Assembly: GCA_030141605.1 (NCBI GenBank)
Contig: JAQGDQ010000024.1
Coordinates: 806,001 to 870,000, forward strand
Length of the DNA: 64,000 nucleotides
From: Tubiluchus corallicola
Lineage: Eukaryota; Animalia; Priapulida
Direction: 5' to 3'
Part shown: one piece after another, positions 39,050 through 51,400 of the stretch
Position numbering within the stretch: the first letter of the stretch is position 1
Layout: each line of letters begins with the position of its first letter
Notes under the pieces: generated by a model
Database searches by the model: none
Told to the model about the DNA's origin: nothing
The model's input: the letters and a program-made list of their open reading frames with translations, nothing else
Translations under genes and position numbers: made by a program

Positions 39050-39112
39050 TTTTACTTCGCCATTTCCATTTTTTTACCTTGCATCAGGCAACGTATTCTG
39101 CAAAAAAAAAAC
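39050..39112 (-). other. Splice acceptor and 48-nt 5'UTR portion of the large zfh2 exon (exon starts at 39097)
   Basis: The minus strand reads a poly-T run then gcag|AATACGTTG at 39098/39097, 48 nt before the ATG. This implies at least one non-coding exon further upstream. Confidence 0.75.
39052..39084 (-). promoter_or_regulatory. Upstream ORF (MQGKKMEMAK*) in the zfh2 5'UTR
   Basis: The minus strand reads ATG CAA GGT AAA AAA ATG GAA ATG GCG AAG TAA aa ATG(main). There are three in-frame ATGs, and the stop lies 2 nt before the main start. Confidence 0.6.
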
Positions 39113-40810
39113 AGATTATTAGCAAAAACATAACAAAAGAATAGTCATCAACTCATCATCATTCTAAGAAATAAGATTGTTTGCACTCATTAAAAGAAAA
39201 TCAAGGGCATCAATATCGGAAAAAGCCAAAATTATATCATCACCACCAAGGGCATCATAATAATAGTTACCATCGTAATCACTATCAAGTGTAGAAAGAT
39301 GACAAACTTGTTCTATTTCAGCTACCAGCCAGTGGTACTGGTACAAGATTAGTTTACACTCACATTGTGTTAAAATGATTCTTTTTATTTTTCAAATTTC
39401 CAGCAATTCTCAGAAATTGCATATTACGGAAAATGTTTTACAGAGAGAGGCGAATGCGTATTACATAAATATAGCACACATGCGGAAGAAGTTTTACTTG
39501 GCCAAACTGTACTGCATGTCGCTCAATTTGCCATCCATAGATAGATTATATATGTGCATCTAGAAAAAATATCACGCTAAAGTTTTCAGTGATTAAATGA
39601 ATTAGATAGTAGACTGCCTTTCTTTCATAAGATTTGGTTAAGTACCCGGATTCATCAGATGGATTAAGAGACTAACCTGGTCATGTTTTTGACTTAAAAC
39701 AAATTAAAGTTAAAATGAAAGTTATGAAATTATATAACACGTTTTTCAAGAGAAATGTTTATAATTCATTATTGTAAAAAAACGCAACCAATAGTTAAAT
39801 AATCTATAGTTAAGTTGGTTTTGAAATGTTGCAGCCGAAATGTTTCCTTTATTAAAAGTGGTCGGCAGTATTTATTCCTGCATCAAGAAGGCATTTGTGT
39901 TATTCGTATTTTGAGACTTGAGAAGAACTGGATTACTGCATTTGCATTCGTCAGACCGAGATTGGTAAACGGAATTTTTGTTAATTGTTGGTTTAAGATC
40001 CCTACCAGAGCCTTTGTGTAGATTAGACATTGAAAAAAATACAGTTCAATCATTTTGCCCAACTTTTTCCATTCATGGCTGCTCGTAAACATTGTCTTGA
40101 ATTTACAATAGCAATAGCATGTTCGCACATTTATATTTTGAACAGCATCCAATCATAACCTTGAGAGATTCGTCACCTTTAACGCAATAAAGTCAAGCTC
40201 AAAAAATCATCTCAGATAGTACATCTCACTCTATCAATGCCCATTCATCAATCCAACATTTACCACTACCAAACTACTTGGCTGTCCACTACATATTACC
40301 CACCGACCAATATCAATAATGCACATACTTTCCACATTGTACTCAGACACGTTAACTGCTGAGCGGCGGGAAGCGGAGGCGCTAATTCTCTACCAATTAA
40401 ATGACGAAATTATGCAACCGATCGCCGGCTCAAAACCGGAACATGTCCCCAATCACCAGACGCAACAAACAGTCTCAGTCAAAAGCAATGTCCTCGCTCA
40501 AATGCCTTAATCCGCAGCAGCGAAATCTGGTCCCTAAAACAACACCTTATTTAGTTATAATATTGACTTAGCTGAAAATGATTTCGCGATTTATTTATTT
40601 AATATCGATTCATGAAAACCCACCTCGGCCAGCGGGTTATCATAACCCAATGTCATTTCCAAATATTTTTGTAGCGAGTAAAATATTTTGGAAACAAAAA
40701 TTTTGCCTTGCACACACGTACAAGAAATTAACATTTACAGGGCATCCCAAAAGTAGCGCCTAAATGTGCCCTCCAAAACTCAAGTTGATCAAAATAAAAA
40801 CGAGTCAATT

Positions 40811-40836
40811 TCAAATCAAATCAAATCAAAATCAAA
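40811..40836. repeat. (AAATC)n short repeat
   Basis: tcaaatcaaatcaaatcaaaatcaaa. Confidence 0.75.
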
Positions 40837-42723
40837 GAGACGAAGAAATTATAAAATAATTAAATTACCCAACAAATCAATGCGTGATTGTTCCAAAAAT
40901 GACAAAAATCAAGGAAGAAACGAGGTATTTAAAATTTATAAAGGATTTTTTCATAAGTGAAATGGATTGAAACAGGCAAAGTACAAACAAATTCTGGATT
41001 CAAGACTAAGAAAAAAATTTTCCTTCTTATTTGCCATACGTAGATCTTCAAAATTTATTTTCATTTTCTCACTAGTATCTGTAACTTAATACTAGTCTTA
41101 ATAACAGGATCTCTGTAATTTTTTTTACAAAATTTTTACACTGCACTTAACATGGGAATATGGGATACAGAGAGGCCCATATAGTACTGTTACTGCAGTA
41201 CTATAATACTAGTTGCTATAGTACTGTCTGGTATACCGAGAAATAGAGTACCTATAAAACTTCAAATCTGCAGAGTATAAACATCACAGCTCATTAAATG
41301 TTATCAATTTTTACTAAACTAAATGAACTAACGTAGTCTGCATAATTATAACAAATTCATGGGGATTGATGAAATTAATGCAAATTCTCATTAGCAATTA
41401 GCTAGAAGCATGCAGTGACAGGTAACGAGCGCTAATTAATACCACTGGGATGCAGAACTAATTAGTAGAAATGATTACATTGCTGAATTCATTTGCATAA
41501 AACAGCAGAGATGATATCATGATATTAAACTAGTCTGGCATAGGAAAATTATAATGGAGCGTCAAAGTACTCCGTGGTTTTAATTGAATATAGAATGGGT
41601 GCTGATACTGCAACGCCGCCCTAGCGTCCCGAGAATTAAACAATTCTGTGATGTAAACAAGCTGTTCTCAAAAAAATTTACACTTGTACAGAGCTGATAG
41701 TGCACGTAGAATCACAGGTTGATTAGCAACTTCTGACAAATATGTACGTATCAACGAACAAGTGCTACAATTTGAATTCAGTCTTTGCTGCATATTGAAG
41801 CAAATACCACACCTTTAAGACATTTTCATACTTACACGAAATAAGATTAAATTACATTATAACGGCAGAGATCTGGAATTTAAACATGATTTTAACGTCA
41901 ATGAACCCTGCCGTCTAAACCTGCAGCACGATTCCACAATAATTTCCTTCATATCACCCCACAGAAAGACCTATTCCACCCAAGGAAGACACCCACTAGA
42001 AAGGCCTGTATGAAGCCACTCACTCGCCGGCAATAATTCTATTCACACACAGTCAAGCAATATTGATCATTTCTGACCACATAAAATATTTGAGCCACAC
42101 ACAGTTATAGGCTGCGCCTAGCGGTCACAAACGACGTGACATTATGTTCACCTCGGATCGACATGGTGTCGGGTTGTTCTGAGCAGACGCCGCCGACGTG
42201 GAAGCCGTGGAAACCCTCCATCAGTGGTCAATCGAAACTAGGTGAATACGTTGGATTCCTGCACTTGACCCGCTCTTGAGCCAAAGGGATTTGCCGAGAT
42301 TCACTTAACCCTCTAGCAGCCAAACTGAACCCAACAGATGCAACGCTCTAGCTTCATGCACATGTTTGGATGTTCGACAAATACGTTACAGATAAGGTTT
42401 AAAAAAATTAAGATAAGCCACAAACCTACAACAAATACCTAATTAGAATGATTGAAAACTTACATATCTACGAATTAATCATAAGTCTATGTTTACTTCA
42501 TGAACGATGGATAAAGTAGCAAGCACAACTTCAGCAGAGATATCATAGCGTGAAATAAAGCAATTCAAGTCTAGTTAGTCTACTTAGGAGATGTTCGTAA
42601 TATGAATAAAGTACACGACAGTGAAAATATGAGCCAAATAACAAATATGGTGAATTTTATCAACGAGAGTGAAGTGTTGTGTGTTACAGCGTTAAAAATA
42701 CAAATTCGAAGTTCACATAACAG

Positions 42724-43080
42724 AAAATATAGATGTATATCATGTATAGTGGTGTATATATTGATGTATAGAGTTATTTAGTTAACAGGCCGTGACAATC
42801 TTATCAATAACATTTTTCGTTTTTCCTGTGAATCACCTAATGATTATTATTATTGATGCATATGTATCTGAGTACGTATCATATGTGTCATATAGTATCA
42901 TATAGTAAAAATGTATATGTAGATCTTGTATAGTGATGTATATAGTAATGTACACAGTTAATTTAGTTAACAGGTTGAGAGAATCCTATCAATATGTTAA
43001 CAAGTTTCGTTTTTCCTATGAATCACGTAATGACCTGTAATTACTGATGCATATGTATATGTGTAGGTATCATATGTGTC
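42724..43080. repeat. Tandem duplication, ~185 bp x2
   Basis: tgtatagtg.tgtatata...tttagttaacagg...tttcgtttttcct.tgaatcac.taatga...tgatgcatatgtat...gtatcatatgtgtc is present twice (42724-42889 and 42907-43080). Confidence 0.92.
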
Positions 43081-43906
43081 TGTGTACACCTACGCTTGTC
43101 ACTTAATTGTGTAGCAAAAGATCATGCTGAGCATCCTGATGTCACGACAATTGCATTCATAGCTGTTTAATAATGTGCAATGCACTGTTAAGTGAATGGA
43201 GGATAAATTTGCAGTGATGAGTATAATGAATTACATGTAAAATTTAGTGTGATTTAGTGAGAATAAAGAATTTACTGAGTGCAATTATTTCAAGGGAAGC
43301 AAACTCTGTCACGAGATTAGAAGTAAATTTATTCTAATAAATGCGATGCGAAATGCTAATGAGAGAAATTAGTGCCATTTATTTGCTGCTCATTGTGTGG
43401 AAACCATGGCTTCATAACTTGCATTTCAATTACAAAACAAAGGGAAAAGGGAGATTTCCTACCACCAGTGCCCAATTAATAAAACGCCAATGTGAATAAC
43501 GTATAATTAATGAATTTTCAATGTTTAAGATCAAATGTTTAGACACTCAGTCGCAATGCAGATGGAAAATGCCAAAACCAACGTCATAAGCGTAAAATAA
43601 CTTAACTTTTCTAAAATAACCAATTTGAAATTCTTAATAATTATTTTTATAGTGAAAATTAAAAAACTTTCGCTGCAACAGTTCTCTTCTAATGTATTAA
43701 TAATATGACAGTGATAATGTAAGTTTTTCAGTACTAGGCGAACTGGTGTCTAGCACTCAATGATAAAACCTATTCAGTGCAAAAGGTTGCAGTGGGACTA
43801 AAATCAGTTTCATTATCAGACAAGGTTAATCTTCTAAGATGAGACACTAAACCAGCAGAGGTGTCCCAGCCGAATTTAGATGTGTATCATCCACCCTCTA
43901 AGAAGT

Positions 43907-44116
43907 AAAAGCCCGTGATCAGTATATAAGGTGAAATGACTTAGAAAGATTAGTGACCGTAGCAGTCACCCAAAGCCCGTGATCAGTATATAAGGTGAAA
44001 TGACTTCGAAAGATTAGTGACTGTAGCAGTCACCCATCCTCACTATACAAGGCTTGGTTTGGTGCTGCTTAACTTCGGTTGCTACACACGGTAGCCATTC
44101 GGCTATTCACCTCGCC
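43907..44116 (-). mobile_element. Pol III-type element with a tRNA-like A-box and 5S rRNA-derived internal control region (SINE3-like / chimeric tRNA-5S SINE)
   Basis: On the minus strand TAGCCGAATGG (tRNA A-box, 44105-44095) is followed by ACCGAAGTTAAGCA (5S box A, 44079-44066) and GGATGGGTGACTGC (5S box C, 44039-44026). It ends in GGGCTTTT. Confidence 0.6.
43908..44035. repeat. Near-perfect 64 bp tandem duplication
   Basis: aaagcccgtgatcagtatataaggtgaaatgactt.gaaagattagtgac.gtagcagtcaccc occurs at 43908 and 43972 with 2 mismatches. Confidence 0.97.
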
Positions 44117-44679
44117 TAAATTAGACTTAAACAATAAGCATAAACGCATAATTAGTAAAGGTGTTACGCATTTATATAGAAAAGAAACTGACAACAACTT
44201 TAATCCCTCTTTCGTTAAATAATAAAAAAAACACACTCAAAAATTTCAAATTGTACGACATTATTGAAATGGAAAATTAAGAAACCATAAATGCAGATAA
44301 ATGACGAGCTTAGCGCGACGATTTGAGTCAAATGTTATCATCAGTAGTCCTGTCACACCCACGCTCATTTTCCCTCTCTCTAATAAACAAAATGCAACAA
44401 ATATGCTATAACATGCTCTAATTATTACAGTTCCTAAAACTATACTATTGTGACCGAACGTCAAATATCAATTACCAGACAACAACCAGTATCTAATACC
44501 TACGCAAAAAGTGACACCATTATAGTGGTGTGACGGCATGCAAATCTGGCTTCACACATATGATATAAATTAACAGTGAACATAAACGCACAGTGGGATT
44601 CCGAATTATGCACAGGAAATTAACTAGAGTTTAAAAATATCATCCTAAATAACAGCAAAGCAAAGCAAAGCAAGCAACT

Positions 44680-45460
44680 TCTACGAATACTGACGCACAA
44701 CATGCTTCGTTAGAAAGATTCGCCTCTTTTGACTAGTGAGTTTTAAGCGCCTCCGAAGGTGCCGGAATCAGCACCGACTTGCGTGATAAACATCGAGCGA
44801 AAGCTGCAGTCTGTTACCCTAACAAAACGATATTACTAATCCGAAGTCATGCGAAACCTGAGAGAAGAAACGAAAGCAGGCTAAAAACGTGAAGTTATGA
44901 GAAGTCCTTACCATATAGCAACAACTCGCAGCTCAGACAGCCTTTTCTACCCGAAAAACAGACGAGAAAAGCTAGTAAGATGCTGGAAGAGTTCACAGAC
45001 ATACAACAACATTGTTATTTCGTGTTCCACCGCAGTCAGCCATTCGTAAAGTTATGGATTTTTCCTAAATTAGCAGTATATTTAATACGGCACAATCGGC
45101 ATGTGAGAATGCCTATCAATTCGGGACGAGCATGCGCATTCGAGCACACGCGCTTTATTACATCAGGCTGTGTAAATAATACACAGCGACTAAACATAAT
45201 AATATATATACTTATGTGTGTCGCGTGACGACACGAGCGCTCGACCAATCAGGACCGCCGTGAAGTTTGCACATATTCAATGAGCATAATGAGCGAGAAT
45301 GAATACTGAGTAGCCACTTGTCCGTAATGGTGTTACAAGACGTCACTTCAACGTTTGATCTTTAAAAGCGTATCATTTCATTATTAACGCGCTCAGAATT
45401 CAACTTAACTCGTTCAGCAGGAGTGCGTCAATCCATCTATTAGTTCCTTCGTGCGCTGTC
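44680..45460 (-). promoter_or_regulatory. Candidate zfh2 promoter / non-coding first exon
   Basis: Locally CpG-rich, with a CCAAT box GACCAATCAG (45243-45252) and NRF1-like GCATGCGC (~45129). Inr-like TCAGTATTC occurs on the minus strand at ~45309 and ~44693. A donor ATG|gtaagg at 44912/44911 lies about 5.8 kb upstream of the 39097 acceptor. Confidence 0.35.
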
Positions 45461-48400
45461 TACATAAAAATATTAAACCAAACATTTTTCGCCATGTTTA
45501 AGCGAACACAAATAAAACCACGCGAACTGACAGTAAGAGTTGTGTTCATTTTTCAGTGTTATTCATTTTTTGAGTAGAAATTCACGAAACTAAACAGTTT
45601 TAACTTTTAACCATCTAAATTATTCAAAGCGTCATTATAACAAAAGCCATGATAAAAATTGCAATCAACATGTATAATTTTATATGACTGCCGGCTAATT
45701 TACATAATGCTACAATTTATATTTTATAATTCATAATTTATATATAATTGATACACGCATAATTGCTCGTGTGTCAGTAATATGCCAACAAACGAAAATT
45801 AGTTTTATACGTGTATCCTTAGTAATCACAATAACCGTGAATGAACTATTTTCCACTGGTATTATACTGAAAAAGAAACATTGCCTCGCTTCGATACACA
45901 AAGTGATTATTTTGAAAACGCTGTTAATAAATCATTTCACACAACATTAAGCAGGTGAAATTGTTGACATGCTAATCTATGTCATACCTTATTATCAGAT
46001 GCGGCCATGCTATCAGTTGTTGTTACGGTAACTACAACGTGTATTAATGATTGTTGAAGGTTTTGTTGGTTGAGATCACACCGCTTTTGTTTGAAAAGGC
46101 ATCTGATTGGAAGAAGTTATCTTTACATGGGAATGGGTACAGCTGAGAAAATATGTCATCATGAAGCCATTGCTGCGCCTGTTTAAAATAGTGCTTGGCC
46201 GACCATGAAGTTTTCATGTAAGACACCATGAATGAAAATACATGTTAATATGCCCTTCTATACCTGTATGATCACCTGGGATTTTATAAATTTCTTTTAA
46301 GACAATCCACTCCTATTATGCAGCTTTGAAACTAATTCTGTTTTATAGCACAATTAGATGCCTTGCATGGGAAACAAATGTGAAGACCGTGCACTCTTAA
46401 TAATAATAATATAAAATGTAAAACAAAAAATGATTTAACTCGATTTCTACTATTATTAAACATCTAAACTAAAAACCACCTAAAACAACAACCAAATGTT
46501 ATCAAGCTTGCCCAAAATTACTCAGCTAACTCACCCCATAAAGAACTTTTTCTTACTAAAAACATGTGAACTACGCACAAAAGCTTTTTTATTCGAACAT
46601 CCAAACTTTGCAATCAAAGAAACACAAAACAATTAAAAATTATATAATATCAAAAGAAGGCCAAAGAAAATTAGGCAAATGAATTGAAAAATCGGCTAAA
46701 CGTTCACAAACAATAAGACATCTTGAAATGTCATTTTCATAAAATAAAAAAAACCCCGAAGACACATAAATGCAAATGTTGAAATACGATTCCAAAATAA
46801 TGAAATGTTTGTTCAAAATAAGATAAAGTTGTGATTTCCGAAGCTTTTGATAGGTTAGATGAGACATAACAGTCGTTTTCACACAATTCAGAACACTGCA
46901 AGACATCGCAAGCCAAAATCCATTACTTGGTGGCAGGTGTTATTCAATTTAGACTGTCATGGCGAGACCAGAATTTCGCTCATCAATGCTATGCATCTAA
47001 GATGAGTTACTGGACCAGCACACGTGGCTTGTCTACGCTTGGATTTAAATATATGCGAGTCAAACAACCATGATTAGCATAGCAAATGAAAAATCCGACA
47101 GCGAGTATCGAACAAGTTCACCCATTCGCTCACTGACCAGTGTCGAAAAAGTTCTACAGCCAATCGTATTCCTACGACAAACTAATATAAAACAATCAAA
47201 GGGAACAACAGTGAACTTCCAGGTGCACAAGAGATCAGAAGCTTTCCCGAAAACGCGTAAATTAAGCAGGACAGTTTTGGACGACGGAATGATGCAGTTT
47301 TCAGTTGCACACGTTCACGTTTGTCGATGATTTAGCAGATTTTTCAAATTATCTATTCATTGCAGTTTCATTGAAGTCTTAGTCACTGCACTAACTTTTC
47401 TCTTTGTTTTTAACCTTATTACTACCTTCTTATTACTCAGCCCTTAGCAAGCCACCAAACAAGAATGTTTTCGCCTTAAATGGTTATAGGTGACTTCAAA
47501 AGCTAATGCTATTGGCATTCCTTCTGAGAGTTTACAACCAGGCACAGAATCACCGATGCAAAACATTCTGGCTGAACTTTTTTCGTTATCTCCAATGTTC
47601 GATAAATTACGTAACTTGATCGGACAGACAATAAAAAATTGAAAATCTCCTCTTTTTCACAAAAGATCATTGGCACATGTCCTAATATTCCATTTAAAAT
47701 ATACAGGTATTTTCCATGGTCATTTACAACAGGAGTGTCATTTTTTTTACAAGAAAATGCTGTTGTTTCCATTTTTTCTCTTGGTCAATGTAAAAATTTT
47801 CTAGGCACAGAACTATACCAACTTCACACACTTTTATGGACTAGGTCCGATACAGTACTTTTGATGACGTTGCACGGATGATATTACTTTAAGCAACATA
47901 GGGAGTGCTTGTATAGCCAACATGGGCACAGGATTGGTACAGGTAGTCAACGTGAATATTTGGCAGCTCTTTAGTACGTCAACACTCTGCACAGCAGCTA
48001 TTTTATTCCATTAAATACTACAGAATAATCAAGCTGAAAATAGCATCGCTTAAAACCCTCATCAAGGGTCGAAATAATTGTAATTATTATGAAGGTAAAA
48101 TTACTTTAATTAGACGCCAATTATTCATAATAGAGACATTTTCTCCTCGCGAACTAATTTATCGTAATTACTGGCGTAATTATGCAATAATGAACGATTA
48201 ATTCTCTAAGAATGACACGACTTTTGTGCACTGCGGGGGGAAAGGAAAATACAAATCACAAACTTAGCATTCACAATGTCCATCACGATCTAAGAACGAA
48301 ACTATATCACACCCAGTTTTGAACAGATAGTACATAATAACATTTAATTTTGCGTAATCACATCCAGAAAATCTCTTAAAAAAGAGGAGAAAACAAACCA

Positions 48401-51400
48401 CGATGCCTTGAGATGGGTTGGTTTGTTAACGAATAACTCGGTTCTAGTTCATAAGTTTATACTGTAACTTTTCTAGCTTCTGTAAATTGATAAGACCCAA
48501 TCATTTCTACGCCAATAACTATTAACGCAGAAAGGCAAACAAAAGACAAAGCAGATTTCATTTAAACCAGCTACCATTATTATCTAAATGTTTTTTTAAA
48601 TTTGTTTGAAAATCTTTTACCGTTTGGTCGCCTAAAACCCCAGTGGCTTTGCCAACCATTCGCGGCCTGTTCGCATGCCTTCCGTGCACTATATACAAGG
48701 TAATGAAGGTCCCTCTCTCATCTCTGGCATATCTCATCCTTTGCGTATGGAAAGGCCTTATTAAGAAAGGTTCCATGAAAAAATACTTTGTTTCTGAGTT
48801 TTTGGACACTGTGATTTCTCAGCACTGTAAGGCAAATTTTCACTTTTGCCAGATTTTTTGGGACTAATTTTATAATTTTATCTTAAAATTTGTGTTTTGG
48901 TGAAACGCATGTTTGATAATCCTGACCGGAAACCTTCTCATATTTGAGTTTCAAAACAATTCGTAAGACCGTTCATAAATCATACGGGCAAAGCGAGAAA
49001 TTAAACTAATTTCTGCGTTTACCTGACACACGATTCACAGAAATACATCGACACAACTCGTTTACCTTCGCAGAATTATAATCAACATCTTCCTGCTTAG
49101 CATGTTGCTGCATTAATTGCGCAGAGAAATATCTCATTACTGTCATAATAAAACAAAATTCTTCGTATTTCCACAATTACCGCCAAATTACACTTGATGT
49201 CACTCGAAGTCGTATACATACAGAAACTTTAATGTGAAAAAGCCTTGCTTTTGCGCTCATTAACAAAGCGCAGGGAAAAAACACTTACAATAGCAGTGTT
49301 AAAAGCGGCGAATAATTGCTGAGCACAGGCAGTGATAAATAAACCTAACATGAATTAACTGCAAAATCTGAACAGAATGCATCGCAAGTGAAAATTGAAA
49401 ATGGACTGCCCTGCACGAAAATTGATAAGACTTCGGCCAAAAGAAGTTGAACAACGCGTTGGACTGGTCAAGATAGTAGTTGCAGGTTGTACTTAAGTTG
49501 ATAGCCAGATATGGGTCACCCTTCCAGGTCCTGACATCATCATTACCCCTGAACACTATCATATTTTGTTAATTCTAAGTGTCTAATCACTTTACCTAAA
49601 TAGAAAGCGCAAGTGCATTTTAGTTTTGTAACTAAACTCAGTCGACAGATATTAAACTCATACAATTTTTTGGTTGAAGCATAATTCGTCAAAAGAGTAA
49701 TGAATTGGGGTACCATACTTATTTAAGCCAATGTACCGAAATAGGTAAACAAATATATTTGTTTTCTAGACTCTATAATTCCTTAACAAAGCAATGAATT
49801 AACACTCAAATTCTATTTTTTCACGTCACAGAGAATTCTGCTTAGGCAACAAATGCGCGAAAGGTATTGACCTTAAGACCCCTGAACCGATTTTAAAACT
49901 TGTAAATACTGAAAAAATGAACATAAGAGAGAGAATTTAGATGCTAGTACACGTATAAGCATAGAGATGGCACTTTTCAAACATCTCCATAATTTCCCTT
50001 CCAGAATCCAAATGTGGATGAATCCCTGCCAGCTGGTGAGCAAAGATCCAGGGGGAGCCTCCTTACAGCACCAGTGCAACAAAACCTCGCCACTGCCATG
50101 AACAAACAATTGCAATGGAAGCCAGCCGTGATTACAATTTACAGATATAAAATTTTCATGTACCTCGTATCATCTTAAATATAGTACAGGTACATTAACT
50201 GAAAAATGGTCAAAAGTCGAAACATGTATCAATTTTAAAAGAAAATAAAACGTAACCCCCTTGGATAAAACCACTAAGCTTTCAGAACCTCAATTCTTGA
50301 AACAGTTAACGTCTGAAATTAAAGTTTAGTTCTTCTTTCTGTCCACATAAAATGAAAATCATTTAAAACCCAGTACGATGCAAGGAAGTTTTTGTTAGGA
50401 CGACAAATGATGAAAACACACGTCTACCCGAGTTCGAATCGAGAATCTCCAATTATTTAGGCTACCTGATTGCAACCATGGCTTCAATGCATAACTTTAC
50501 ATAAACGAAGGATTTAAATATTAACTTAATACCTACACATTACAATTAATTAATTAACCGTAACACATCAAAATACATCAGGAAAGTGTAAAAAGATCAG
50601 TACGTGGAAATTTGCGTGTGCTGGAGCGAAGGGGTGAACAATAACATAATATTTTAAATGATCATAACATTTAAAATCAGCACATCAACAAACAAAGATT
50701 TTAAATCTTGGCAGGCACCACAATTTCTCATACATGCTTCTTATTACCCATTTTCAATGCACGCGCACTCATTCACTGCAAAAAAGAATTCTACTGAATA
50801 ACATAAAGCTTACATTATACATGTAAAGAAAAGCCTACTACAGTCTCTCTTTTCCAACAAGCATCACCTCTTCTACAACTAATCTGCATCCCAAATCACT
50901 GCAGGCTGCAGAGTGCAGTCTCCCACTTAATGACATCATTAAAACAAAAACCGACGATCGCACATCACGCGTGCATGGTAGCAGCCTAGACTGTGCATAA
51001 TCTATCGTCGAAAGCAATCAGCCCCAAAGTCATGTGGAAAAAAATGTAGGTCAATTCATTAACAGTCAATTACGGAAATACATTACAGTTATCAACCGAC
51101 AGTTCGCCAACATGATTTTACAGGGTCTGATCAATACGTGGAAGGCATAATGACATCTCATCGAATGCACAATGTTGTACATGTATACAAACTAAGACAA
51201 GACGGTAGTAGTGGGAGGCAGAACAACATGCAATCTGATCGCAGTAATACTTACGCTCTCAACTTGATGTCGGGATTCCTCAGCAAAGCAACACAGTTTA
51301 CACTTCTACACACAGTTACTAGCAGTTCTCATGCTTTTGGATGTTATTTTGGAACGTCTCTTGCAGCTCAAGCCTGTCACACAGCCTTACATAAACCCAA

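Noticed and set aside
44026-44079. Functional 5S rRNA gene
   Set aside because: Only the internal control boxes match. The 5' and 3' ends and the box spacing differ from 5S rRNA.
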